A stretch of DNA of 64,000 nt from a virus: the IMG/VR virus record IMGVR_UViG_3300031993_000003; one strand, written 5' to 3'. Under the pieces are notes generated by a model. The model had not been told where the DNA came from and ran no database searches. It was given only the letters and a program-made list of their open reading frames with translations. The translations under genes and the position numbers were made by a program. Of this stretch, positions 44,743 to 53,311 are shown one piece after another (the first letter of the stretch is position 1; every line of letters starts with the position of its first letter).

Positions 44743-45319
44743 TACCCCGTGGTTGCCTACCGGTTCACCTACCGATAAGGACAGGAAGGAACTCGGCGAA
44801 GTACTCGACATGTGGACCTCGATATCACCGGTATGTACAGTATCGACCGAGACGCATGACCAGTGGAACCATGACCTTCTATGGCGCGGCCACATCTTCG
44901 GCCTCGTTACACAGGGGTTGGGAATGATAGGGTTTACTTCCAAGGTATGCCTCGGGAGGGACCCGTATGCTTGCAAGCCGGTCTCCATAGCGGACATGCC
45001 TGAAGTCTATGGGGGATTTTGTGGGTATGTCTCCCGGATGGAGGCCATGGTGCGCCAGTGGCCAGACGTCCTATTGGATGCCGCCGGCAACATCCGGCTG
45101 CTATACGGGAAAGGAGAATACGGGCTAATCGAGTTCGCCATAAACGAGGTGAAGTTCAGAAAGGTCAAGAGCGTAAACAAGCACAACCCGAGGCTGAGTA
45201 CATGGGAATACGCAGATTTAGAAGTAATGGAAAGGTACACGGAGAGCATCGTGGACCAGATAGACGCGAAGGACGACCAGAAGCTGGCCGACGAGATAAG
45301 GGGACTGCTGACGCTGTAG
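44687..45319 (+). CDS. Hypothetical protein (the true start may be internal).
   Basis: 210-aa ORF; a -1-frame ORF (45019-45561) continues past its stop. Confidence 0.4.
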   Translation: MPRRTTQRTTLPTTTTIDNTPWLPTGSPTDKDRKELGEVLDMWTSISPVCTVSTETHDQWNHDLLWRGHIFGLVTQGLGMIGFTSKVCLGRDPYACKPVSIADMPEVYGGFCGYVSRMEAMVRQWPDVLLDAAGNIRLLYGKGEYGLIEFAINEVKFRKVKSVNKHNPRLSTWEYADLEVMERYTESIVDQIDAKDDQKLADEIRGLLTL

Positions 45320-45553
45320 ACAAGGAGATTGATGCCGCCGAGAAGGAACTGGAGGAAAGGAAGCTCCCGGTGAGGATGCGTGACTCCCGGATGGCTCCCG
45401 ACGACGGGGTGGAGAACTACCTGACGCAGGCCGAGGAGATAGCCAGGTCGGTCCGGGTGGCCGCCACGATGGACAAGCTGAAGCTCCTCAGGGACTTCAA
45501 GCGGTACAAGGAATACGGCGAGGAACTCAAACATCAAGCAAAGGATAGGAAAG

Positions 45554-45838
45554 ATGACTAAGGATATGCAAGGATGGCTGCAGGATGCTCCGGGAAGAGC
45601 GTTCCTGACTGCGAAGATTGAACTTGAACGGGCCGGATACGTGCAGGTTAAGTCCGTGCGCAACCGTGCCACCAAGAATACGGTTGTGTCGTTCCGCAAG
45701 GCTGAACGCGGGGAGGACCCCGCATACACCATCGAGATGGAACACGACTGGATATATGACAGCTACGGCATAGGCAAGCCGGGCAAGGTTGTCAGGACCA
45801 GCGAGATGTCCGGGGGGTTGCGAAATGACTATACCTGA
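45554..45838 (+). CDS. Hypothetical protein.
   Basis: 94 aa. Confidence 0.4.
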   Translation: MTKDMQGWLQDAPGRAFLTAKIELERAGYVQVKSVRNRATKNTVVSFRKAERGEDPAYTIEMEHDWIYDSYGIGKPGKVVRTSEMSGGLRNDYT

Positions 45839-46184
45839 TGCCTTCCTCAAGGTTGCCGATGCGGCCGTACAGACAGGCTGTGGGATACTGCTGGCCAGGA
45901 TATTGAGGACCATGGATTATCCGGTTTCTGACCCGTCAGGCGAGGACGGACTGCTGGACGAGGATGAACTACTGACTGTAAGTCCTGACCACATGTGTAT
46001 AGTTGGGTGTATGCTACTGGGAAGGTTCTACGAGCCGATGTCAGGCATCATGCCGCGGGTTCCTGTGGAATGCGCTGATAAGATACGTAGAGGTATGGAG
46101 CGCATAGCGAAGGGGCTTACATCGGAAGGTGTGTCCGACTCCGCACTGGAAGCGGACATGGACAACAACATGGACCTGCTCTAG
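45789..46184 (+). CDS. Hypothetical protein.
   Basis: 131 aa. Confidence 0.4.
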   Translation: MSGPARCPGGCEMTIPDAFLKVADAAVQTGCGILLARILRTMDYPVSDPSGEDGLLDEDELLTVSPDHMCIVGCMLLGRFYEPMSGIMPRVPVECADKIRRGMERIAKGLTSEGVSDSALEADMDNNMDLL

Positions 46185-46618
46185 CGGCGCTTCCTGTCCT
46201 TCTCGCGGTAGCGCTTGCGCCAGCTGTCCCTGTCGCCACGCATGTAGTCCAGCTTGTCGCTGTAGGAGTCTCGGGTGCTGTATGCCCTGTCGCGGGCCTT
46301 GTTCGCCCTCTCTACGTCGCGGACGGCCTTGTCATACTGGCGGCCGGCCCGTCGGATTTCAGACAGGATTGACGTTCGGAGCGAGTCAACGTCGCGCATG
46401 ATGTCATACGGGGCCTGCCGGTAGCTCCCGGTGGCAGCCCGGTCCTCCCTCCTGGCATTCTTCTCGTAGAAGCGGTCGAAGATGTCGTTGACCTTTTCCT
46501 CGAGACGCTGCGAGGGGGACTTCCCGGAGCCGAACAGCCAGCCGAACAGTCCTTCGACCATTGGCCGGCCCGCGATGCCCTCATAGGCTTCCGACAGTGC
46601 CTTCTCGATTGATTCCAT
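46181..46618 (-). CDS. Hypothetical R/D-rich protein.
   Basis: 145 aa on the minus strand, convergent with the gene at 45789. Confidence 0.45.
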   Translation of the reverse strand: MESIEKALSEAYEGIAGRPMVEGLFGWLFGSGKSPSQRLEEKVNDIFDRFYEKNARREDRAATGSYRQAPYDIMRDVDSLRTSILSEIRRAGRQYDKAVRDVERANKARDRAYSTRDSYSDKLDYMRGDRDSWRKRYREKDRKRR

Positions 46619-46663
46619 GGATTCCCCGGGAGTTTTCCGGTAGTTTATGGATGGCTGGAGAAA

Positions 46664-46676
46664 ATTGCTATATTTG
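46664..46676 (+). promoter_or_regulatory. ATTGCTATATTTG promoter motif.
   Basis: 12/13 match 34 nt upstream of the ATG at 46710. Confidence 0.45.
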
Positions 46677-46709
46677 AAGAAAACTTAAACCAACCTAAAG
46701 AGGTACCAA

Positions 46710-47006
46710 ATGAACACCAAGACAAAAGTAATCATCGCAACCACGTGTGCCGCCGTCCTGGTAGGCTCCGCGCTGTCCTTCAAGAAGATTAAGGCCGGCG
46801 TCACCAAGATTATCAAGGCGGAGGAACCGGAGGACGAGGAAGACCGCAAGGCCAAGTTCGACAGCACCAACGAGTATGTCGGCGATAGCTGCGAGGCAGA
46901 AGCCTGCGACTGTGCCGCACGCCGTCAACGCCGAGCTGAATCCATGTCGGCTATTGAACCCTGCTGTGATTCCGCAGTCATGGGCAAGACCCGCCTGGTC
47001 GACTAG
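46710..47006 (+). CDS. Small secreted protein (signal peptide).
   Basis: MNTKTKVIIATTCAAVLVGSALSF…. Confidence 0.45.
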   Translation: MNTKTKVIIATTCAAVLVGSALSFKKIKAGVTKIIKAEEPEDEEDRKAKFDSTNEYVGDSCEAEACDCAARRQRRAESMSAIEPCCDSAVMGKTRLVD

Positions 47007-47031
47007 CATAAACTCCGGACGAGGAATTACA

Positions 47032-47709
47032 ATGGCTATTACTGTTATCTTTTCGGACCTTGGGGATGTGGACTGCGCGAGCATCCCGAACCTCTGGGCA
47101 GGCATTCCTGACGTCAACGTACTCAGGTTGACCATGGATTCTCCCTTTACCCGGGAGGACGTCCATGAAGCCATCCGCAACGAGTCGGATACGCTCATCA
47201 TGGCCGGCCATGGAACCCCGGCAGGCCTTCTTGGCTACGTCGCCCCTCCGAAGGAGGAAGAGGACGAGGAAGCGGACGAACTTGAAGCCGGCGATACCTT
47301 CGGGTACAATACCGCTCTCGGCCCTGCAGCGTCGAGGAAACGCCGGCCGTACCCGGGATACCGCCACCTCGATACCGTCGTCGACAGCATGATGGCCAAG
47401 GACATCCACGCCGACAAGGTAATCGCAGTATGGTGCCATGCGTCCAGCTTCGCCAAGGCGAACAACCTGTACGGGTTCTGGTCCTCCATGTTCATCTCCA
47501 ACAGCTCCGAGGCACGCTACTGCGGATATCCCGGAGTTCCCAACGAGATTATCGTGAAGGAGACCGTGAAGTTCTGGCGCGATGCCAACGTGCTACTCAA
47601 GGCAGGAGTTCCCCTGGAGGAATGGGTCGACCGTCTCAAGTCCGTAGCCAACATGAACTACCCGACCACCAAGTACAACTACGACGGGCTGATGTACTTC
47701 CCGAAATAG
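47032..47709 (+). CDS. Hypothetical protein with a caspase-like His/Cys dyad context (…LIMAGHGTP… / …VIAVWCHASS…).
   Basis: β-strand-like N-terminus ITVIFSD; the spacing between HG and C is compatible with the C14/CHAT fold; weak. Confidence 0.3.
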   Translation: MAITVIFSDLGDVDCASIPNLWAGIPDVNVLRLTMDSPFTREDVHEAIRNESDTLIMAGHGTPAGLLGYVAPPKEEEDEEADELEAGDTFGYNTALGPAASRKRRPYPGYRHLDTVVDSMMAKDIHADKVIAVWCHASSFAKANNLYGFWSSMFISNSSEARYCGYPGVPNEIIVKETVKFWRDANVLLKAGVPLEEWVDRLKSVANMNYPTTKYNYDGLMYFPK

Positions 47710-47755
47710 CTGAGTTCATGAAGTGATTTATGAAATCCCCCGGTATACCGGGGGA

Positions 47756-47770
47756 TTTTTGCTATATTTG
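47756..47770 (+). promoter_or_regulatory. Terminator hairpin (CCCCCGGTATACCGGGGG) followed by TTTTTGCTATATTTG.
   Basis: Exact motif. Confidence 0.55.
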
Positions 47771-47921
47771 TTTAAAAAAGATTGGCAAAATGAACGACTT
47801 CATCATTCTGGACCACGAGGAAGGTCCAACAAATGTAAATTAAAATTTTACATTTAAACCCTTGACAACAGGGTATTTTTAATATAATTTTCAGAGAGAA
47901 CAAACAACAAAGGAGCACACC

Positions 47922-48578
47922 ATGGCATACCGCAACATCGCATCTCTCTTCGGAGGCCGCTGGATTAGACCGGAAGATATCCGCGTCATTACCTGGAAGT
48001 TCCCGGCGAAGCTGTACGACGTGGAAGTCTACTTCACCGACGGCTCCAGTAAGCCCCTCGCAGAATGCACTGGCAAGGAAAGGAACGTCGAGAAGATTGT
48101 AATCTCGTATATCGACGGTACCGGCAAGCAGGATATCGAGCCGTACGTCGAGCATGTCTACGGGCCGGTAAACGGGCACCAGTTCCTCGCCGGCACATTC
48201 GACCGAAACCCTGTGCTCTACTTCTACGAGCGCGGCAAGGACGAGTTCCACCCGCAGACACGCAACGAGGACCCGAGGAGCATCGCCATGTTCCGTGAGG
48301 CCGCCCGCAGGCGCTTTGTCGACTTCGTCGGCATGGACGGCGTCGACACCGGGAAGAAGGACGGCACGCTCCACATCCCGCTCAACATCTTCAACAAGGC
48401 GGGACGCAAGAACCTGCTCCGTATCCTCGAGAACCTGGACAACGACGGTATCAACGTGTTCGTGGACGTGGAATTCGACCATAGCACCATAGACCAGCTC
48501 CAGCGCCTCGATACCGAGATGGAACTCATCCGTGTCGAGGAATCCATCGAAAATGAACCCGTGCAGGAGGAACTCTGA
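47922..48578 (+). CDS. Hypothetical protein.
   Basis: 218 aa; preceded by GGAG. Confidence 0.5.
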   Translation: MAYRNIASLFGGRWIRPEDIRVITWKFPAKLYDVEVYFTDGSSKPLAECTGKERNVEKIVISYIDGTGKQDIEPYVEHVYGPVNGHQFLAGTFDRNPVLYFYERGKDEFHPQTRNEDPRSIAMFREAARRRFVDFVGMDGVDTGKKDGTLHIPLNIFNKAGRKNLLRILENLDNDGINVFVDVEFDHSTIDQLQRLDTEMELIRVEESIENEPVQEEL

Positions 48579-49039
48579 TGGCAGTCTACGTGAAGCAGAA
48601 GAAGGACCGCTGGCTCCCGGAGGAGGTTGCACTACTCCGCATAGGCCAGGTACCCGAGGGACGAACCCTCGCTGCCGCCCGGGCCAAGGCCAAGACGCTC
48701 GGCATCACCCTGTTCGACCGGGAAGGCCCGGGTACCAGGTGGACCCCCGATGAAATCGACTCCCTGGAGAAGGGGGTGCAGCCTCCCGGACGCTCCCAGG
48801 TGGCATGCACGTACAAGGGGATATCCCTTGGCCTGGACGTAAGGTTCGACGACGACGGCAACATGTATGTCACCCAGAAGGTACCGGGAGGCGACCGCAG
48901 GAAGTCCCTGCTGGAACGCGCCAGGAAGTACGCCATGATGAAGGACTGCGGTCAGTCCCTGGCGGAAATAGGAAGGCGCGACGGTGTGTCGCGCCAGCGT
49001 GTGAACGAGATTATCGGCGAGCTAACTATTCGTCGCTGA
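48578..49039 (+). CDS. Hypothetical protein with a C-terminal HTH (sigma region-4-like: KDCGQSLAEIGRRDGVSRQRVNEIIGE).
   Basis: HTH pattern at the C-terminus. Confidence 0.4.
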   Translation: MAVYVKQKKDRWLPEEVALLRIGQVPEGRTLAAARAKAKTLGITLFDREGPGTRWTPDEIDSLEKGVQPPGRSQVACTYKGISLGLDVRFDDDGNMYVTQKVPGGDRRKSLLERARKYAMMKDCGQSLAEIGRRDGVSRQRVNEIIGELTIRR

Positions 49040-50171
49040 ACGCCTCTACGCGTCCGTCCGGGGAGACTTCGGCCTCGGGAAGGATTTCCCCGCCGTCAAC
49101 CATCCGCTGCACGTCCGACTCGGACGATGCGGTGAACAATTCCTTCCAGTCGGTTTCCAAGGACGCCCCTTCGTTGAACGGGGCGTTTCCGTTGTACCTG
49201 TCGGTCACCCCGTAAATCCCCACGGGCTTCCCGGTAGCAGCCGCGACTGCGCCAGCTATGCTCCCGGAAGTTTCCGGGGTGCACCGGGAGACCATCACCT
49301 GGCCGTCCACGGTGACGCACAGGAGCTTCTCCTGGACTTCCTTCCCGGTATTTTCCAGGTATTCCCCGGTCTCGTCCTTGACCACCCCGGAATCCTCCAG
49401 CTCGGACAGGTATGATTCGGGTACCGTGCTGGTCTTGACCATGTCGTCTGAATCGGGGAAGTACTTCATGATTACGTGCGACTCGGCGGTGGACAGTATG
49501 CGGAACTGCATGCCGCCCTCCCTCAGCTTCATCACGGCCTTCCTGAGCTTCGGGGCGGCCATGCCGACTACGTTCACTGCACCTGCCTGGTCCGCGGGGG
49601 CCACCAGGAGGAATTCCTTTTCGCCTGCCGGGATGCTCCGGGAGGCAACCCCGTCCTGGATTATGGGCTGGTCGTTTGTCACGGTCACCTGGAGCCCGAG
49701 GTCGCGGTTGATTTCGTCCGCGAGCTTTCTGAACTCCTCGCCATGACCCATTTCGTCCTCGGCCAGCTGCCGGTAGTGGAATTTGCCTTCCGCTGCGCCC
49801 TCGGTTGCCATCCTGGTCACTGCCATTGTAAGGAGCAGATGAATCATCTCGTGGGCCATGACGTTCATGAGCTGGAAGGGGGTGAGGCGGAACTGGTTGC
49901 TGAACTCGATTTCGTAGTCAGTGGAGGTCATCTCATGGATTGCCCCGTCAGGTGCAGTCATGTACTGGATGTTGGCCTTGAATTCTCCCAGGTAGTCGTC
50001 GGTATTGCCGAAGGTGAACTCTACGTCAACGGGGAATTCCACGCCCATTGTGTCGCCCCGTTCGGCGAACCACTGCTGTCTGAGGGCGGTATACATCCTC
50101 TGCAGGGTAGGGATTCCGAATTCTCCCGGTGTCTTCAATGTTTCTGCTTTCTTCTCGTATGTCAGTGGCAT
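49026..50171 (-). CDS. SprT-like zinc metallopeptidase domain protein (HEMIH).
   Basis: …QLMNVMAHEMIHLLL… within the N-terminal ~130 aa; 381 aa. Confidence 0.45.
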   Translation of the reverse strand: MPLTYEKKAETLKTPGEFGIPTLQRMYTALRQQWFAERGDTMGVEFPVDVEFTFGNTDDYLGEFKANIQYMTAPDGAIHEMTSTDYEIEFSNQFRLTPFQLMNVMAHEMIHLLLTMAVTRMATEGAAEGKFHYRQLAEDEMGHGEEFRKLADEINRDLGLQVTVTNDQPIIQDGVASRSIPAGEKEFLLVAPADQAGAVNVVGMAAPKLRKAVMKLREGGMQFRILSTAESHVIMKYFPDSDDMVKTSTVPESYLSELEDSGVVKDETGEYLENTGKEVQEKLLCVTVDGQVMVSRCTPETSGSIAGAVAAATGKPVGIYGVTDRYNGNAPFNEGASLETDWKELFTASSESDVQRMVDGGEILPEAEVSPDGRVEAFSDE

Positions 50172-50266
50172 GTCAAGTTCCGCGGTTTTCTACCAGTTTA
50201 TCCGGTTAGCAAGATTCAAAACGTATAAACTGCGGGTAATCGCGATTAAACCATGGAGATTTCCAT

Positions 50267-51229
50267 ATGAAGCAGACATTCGACCAGTTCCTCGCTATGC
50301 TCGAGAGCAAGGCCTCAACTCCGGAAAGGAAGGCCGACCTCCACGCTGCGCGCGAACTCTACCACAAGGGCGCCCTGACCGAGGGCTGGACCACCATTTC
50401 CGACATCGGCAAGTGGGGCCGCAGCAAGCTCGGCAACGTGTTCGGCGGCGCCGGCAAGGACAGCACCAAGTACGGCAACGCCACGAAGGCTCCCGAAATC
50501 AAGGAGCGTGACGACGCCAAGGCAGCCCGCCTCCGCGAGGTGGACGAGAACCTCAACAAGGCAGGCAAGCTCGTCATCGACGCTACCGAGTGGAACCCTG
50601 GCCAGGTCGACGCATGGGTAGACTGCCGCCTGAAGCCGGCAATCATCAAGTCCCTCAACACCGAGGGCGGCTTCCTCACTTCCGAGGAGAAGAAGGCCGC
50701 CTTCAAGGAAGAGAAGAAGAAGTTCGAGAAAATCTACAGGAACGCCGACAAGTCCGACAAGAAGGTCTGGGAAGACAACATGGCCGACGCAATGAAGAAG
50801 GCCGAAGAGGACGAGGCATACAGGAAGGAAGAGGAACAGGTGAAGGCAGCCGATGAAGCCGACCGCAAGGAACGCGAACTCGCCGCAGCCGCCCAGGAGA
50901 AGCGTGACGCGCTCGACAAGAAGGACGAGGGCCATACAGCGCTCGACCCGGTGAACGGCTCCGAGCTCGACTCCAACATGCGTGCCGCCACGGCCCGCTC
51001 CGAGGACTTCAACAAGGCCGAGGAGGACCGCAAGAAGAACACCATTACCGGTGACGACGGCAACACAATCAACATCGACGACATCATGATGAAGTTCCCG
51101 GATGTCGCCTCGGTGAACGACAAGGGCCTCCGTGCCGCCTTCGAGAGCGTCTACGGCGACTCCGCCGGATACAGTGACGGTGAAATCCGCGCAATCTGCG
51201 GTTCCTGCTACCGCCGCCTCAAGAAGTAG
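50267..51229 (+). CDS. Hypothetical K/E/A-rich protein.
   Basis: 320 aa. Confidence 0.5.
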   Translation: MKQTFDQFLAMLESKASTPERKADLHAARELYHKGALTEGWTTISDIGKWGRSKLGNVFGGAGKDSTKYGNATKAPEIKERDDAKAARLREVDENLNKAGKLVIDATEWNPGQVDAWVDCRLKPAIIKSLNTEGGFLTSEEKKAAFKEEKKKFEKIYRNADKSDKKVWEDNMADAMKKAEEDEAYRKEEEQVKAADEADRKERELAAAAQEKRDALDKKDEGHTALDPVNGSELDSNMRAATARSEDFNKAEEDRKKNTITGDDGNTINIDDIMMKFPDVASVNDKGLRAAFESVYGDSAGYSDGEIRAICGSCYRRLKK

Positions 51230-51242
51230 TATTCGGAAAATC

Positions 51243-51290
51243 AAAAAAATTAAAAATCCCGGGAATTCTCCCGGGATTTTCCTTTTCCAC
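51243..51290. terminator. Bidirectional terminator hairpin (AAAATCCCGGGAATTCTCCCGGGATTTT) between convergent genes.
   Basis: Perfect 10-bp palindromic GC stem flanked by A- and T-runs. Confidence 0.55.
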
Positions 51291-51302
51291 ACAAATAATG
51301 TA

Positions 51303-51971
51303 CTATTGCCGGACCATTTCCCGGATGAAATCCTCGATGTCTATCTCGGTATTCCCTAGTTTTTCCAGAAGGATTCTATTGTCCCTAATGAACTGTTTAA
51401 CTGCATCTATGTCGGATGCAGACAGTTCCATATCGGGGGATTGTACCAGGATGCGCGGATTATCCTCGATGGACATCGGAATCATGTCACGCGTGATTGG
51501 ACGGTCACCCTTGTCTCGCTGAAACTTGATTCTGTTTGCATGGCCAGACTCCTTCCATGCACCGCTGTCGTCAACATAAATGTTCACCGGCAATCCAGTC
51601 TTGTTCTTTCGGAGGCATGCCATCTCAAACAATGAATCACCAGAATCATTGAACGTGGCATTAAACCCTTGCCTTACAGCGTCGGCAAATACTGACTGTC
51701 GATTGCAGTCGTCTAGCATAGAATCAAAATATTTTTGAGATACGGGCATATTTTTGCAATACCACTTTTTCTCACAGTTTATTACGAGAAGTCCTGGTTG
51801 AAGCACCAGTCGCTCTCCTCGCAGTACTTCTTGCGGAGCTTCTGCAGGGCCTGCTTGTGTTTGCTCCTGATATAGTCCTTGCTGCTCCCGGTGACTCCGG
51901 CGATGGACGCGAAGGACCACGTATGGCCGCTCATGCGCCCGTCGGTGTCGGCCTCGTCCTTCATGTAGCAC
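51303..51971 (-). CDS. Hypothetical protein.
   Basis: 222 aa. Confidence 0.45.
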   Translation of the reverse strand: MLHEGRGRHRRAHERPYVVLRVHRRSHREQQGLYQEQTQAGPAEAPQEVLRGERLVLQPGLLVINCEKKWYCKNMPVSQKYFDSMLDDCNRQSVFADAVRQGFNATFNDSGDSLFEMACLRKNKTGLPVNIYVDDSGAWKESGHANRIKFQRDKGDRPITRDMIPMSIEDNPRILVQSPDMELSASDIDAVKQFIRDNRILLEKLGNTEIDIEDFIREMVRQ

Positions 51972-52552
51972 TTGTCGACGATGTCCTTCTCCTCTTTGTC
52001 GAGGACGCAGGAGATGCTGTCGGTGATTGTCCGGTATTCCCTGGTGGCCGAGTAGTTGACCACGGAGTCGGCGGCTTCCCCTTCGAGGGTGTCGAACAGG
52101 GTGAGGCTACCGCCTTCCTTGACGGACTTGTAGCCGGACTCGAGCTTGACGTACTTGTCGCACTTGTTGGCCTTCACGATGTTCTCCGGGAGGTGGATGA
52201 GTCGGTCCTCGTAGCATTCCTTGTTCATTGCGGAGAACACGTGGTTGCGGAGGAACGTCCAGAAGCGGTTTCCCTGGGTCGGGTCGAACAGTTCGATTGC
52301 ACGGTCGATGGCCAGCATAGCGGCGGAAATGAGCTCCTCCACGTTGCCCTTGAAGTGCTTGTACTTGTCCTTGCTGGCCATCTCCATGATGGCCGGTAAC
52401 TGCTTCTCGAACAGTAGGTTACGGGCTATTATGTCGCCCTTCTTGGCCCGCATGATGATGGAGTTCTCGGCATCAGCCGTGTATGCCGCCTTGCTGGCCC
52501 TGGTGTATACCTTCCTTACCCTGTCCTTGAACTGCTCCGTTGCCTTTTCCAT
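51782..52552 (-). CDS. Sigma-70-family RNA polymerase sigma factor.
   Basis: Region-2-like (…FDPTQGNRFWTFLRNHV…) and region-4.2 HTH (SFASIAGVTGSSKDYIRSKHKQALQKLRK). Confidence 0.55.
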   Translation of the reverse strand: MEKATEQFKDRVRKVYTRASKAAYTADAENSIIMRAKKGDIIARNLLFEKQLPAIMEMASKDKYKHFKGNVEELISAAMLAIDRAIELFDPTQGNRFWTFLRNHVFSAMNKECYEDRLIHLPENIVKANKCDKYVKLESGYKSVKEGGSLTLFDTLEGEAADSVVNYSATREYRTITDSISCVLDKEEKDIVDKCYMKDEADTDGRMSGHTWSFASIAGVTGSSKDYIRSKHKQALQKLRKKYCEESDWCFNQDFS

Positions 52553-52673
52553 TCTTTCGTCTCCGGTTAGTTTGTTGTTAAGTTGTGTTCTTTTGAAAAT
52601 AATTTCGTGATAGAAATATAATAAATAAATCCATCACGAAACATATTTTTCAAAAATAATTTGTAAAAAATTA

Positions 52674-53270
52674 TTACTCCTGCTCGATGAAGAGTTCGGG
52701 GTGGACCCTGCGCATCGAGGAAAAGCCCTGGCGGCTCACCACCATGCTGTCGAGCAGGCGGATTCCGAGTAGCTTTCCGGCCTCGATTAGACCCTTCGTG
52801 AAGGAGGCATCCTTGCCGGAGAACTCGAGGCTCCCGCTCGGGTGGTTGTGCGCCACGATGATGCCGGTCGCTTGGTCCTCGATTGCGTAACGGTATACCT
52901 CTCCGTAGTTTACGCACACGCCGCCGGCGCTCCCGGTAGCGACAAGGTGACGCCCGATGAGCGTGTTCTCGGAGGTGACGGTGAGGACGACGAGGTTCTC
53001 GACCATCTTGTCCTTGAGGTCGCTGAGGCGCCACGCGACGATGTCCGGGTTGGACAGCGGCAGCATCATGGTGCCGAATACGAACTTGGTGGACATCCCG
53101 GCGGCAGCCGCAATCTTTCGAGCGGTGACCATCGGTACCTTGAGCGCGGAGGCTATCTGCTCCGGCTCGGGAATCGCGCGGCATGTCGCGAGGTAGCTAA
53201 CCGCGCTTTCGGCCACCCGGCGGTTGCCGAGCAGTGTGGCCATGAGTGTGATTGTTTCGCTGTTTGCCAT
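52674..53270 (-). CDS. radC: RadC-like JAB/MPN-domain protein.
   Basis: JAMM-like motif …GIIVAHNHPSGSLEFSGKD…. Confidence 0.6.
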   Translation of the reverse strand: MANSETITLMATLLGNRRVAESAVSYLATCRAIPEPEQIASALKVPMVTARKIAAAAGMSTKFVFGTMMLPLSNPDIVAWRLSDLKDKMVENLVVLTVTSENTLIGRHLVATGSAGGVCVNYGEVYRYAIEDQATGIIVAHNHPSGSLEFSGKDASFTKGLIEAGKLLGIRLLDSMVVSRQGFSSMRRVHPELFIEQE

Positions 53271-53311
53271 GATTGACTCCTGTTGTTGAAAAATCGAAAT
53301 ATTTTCCCTGC

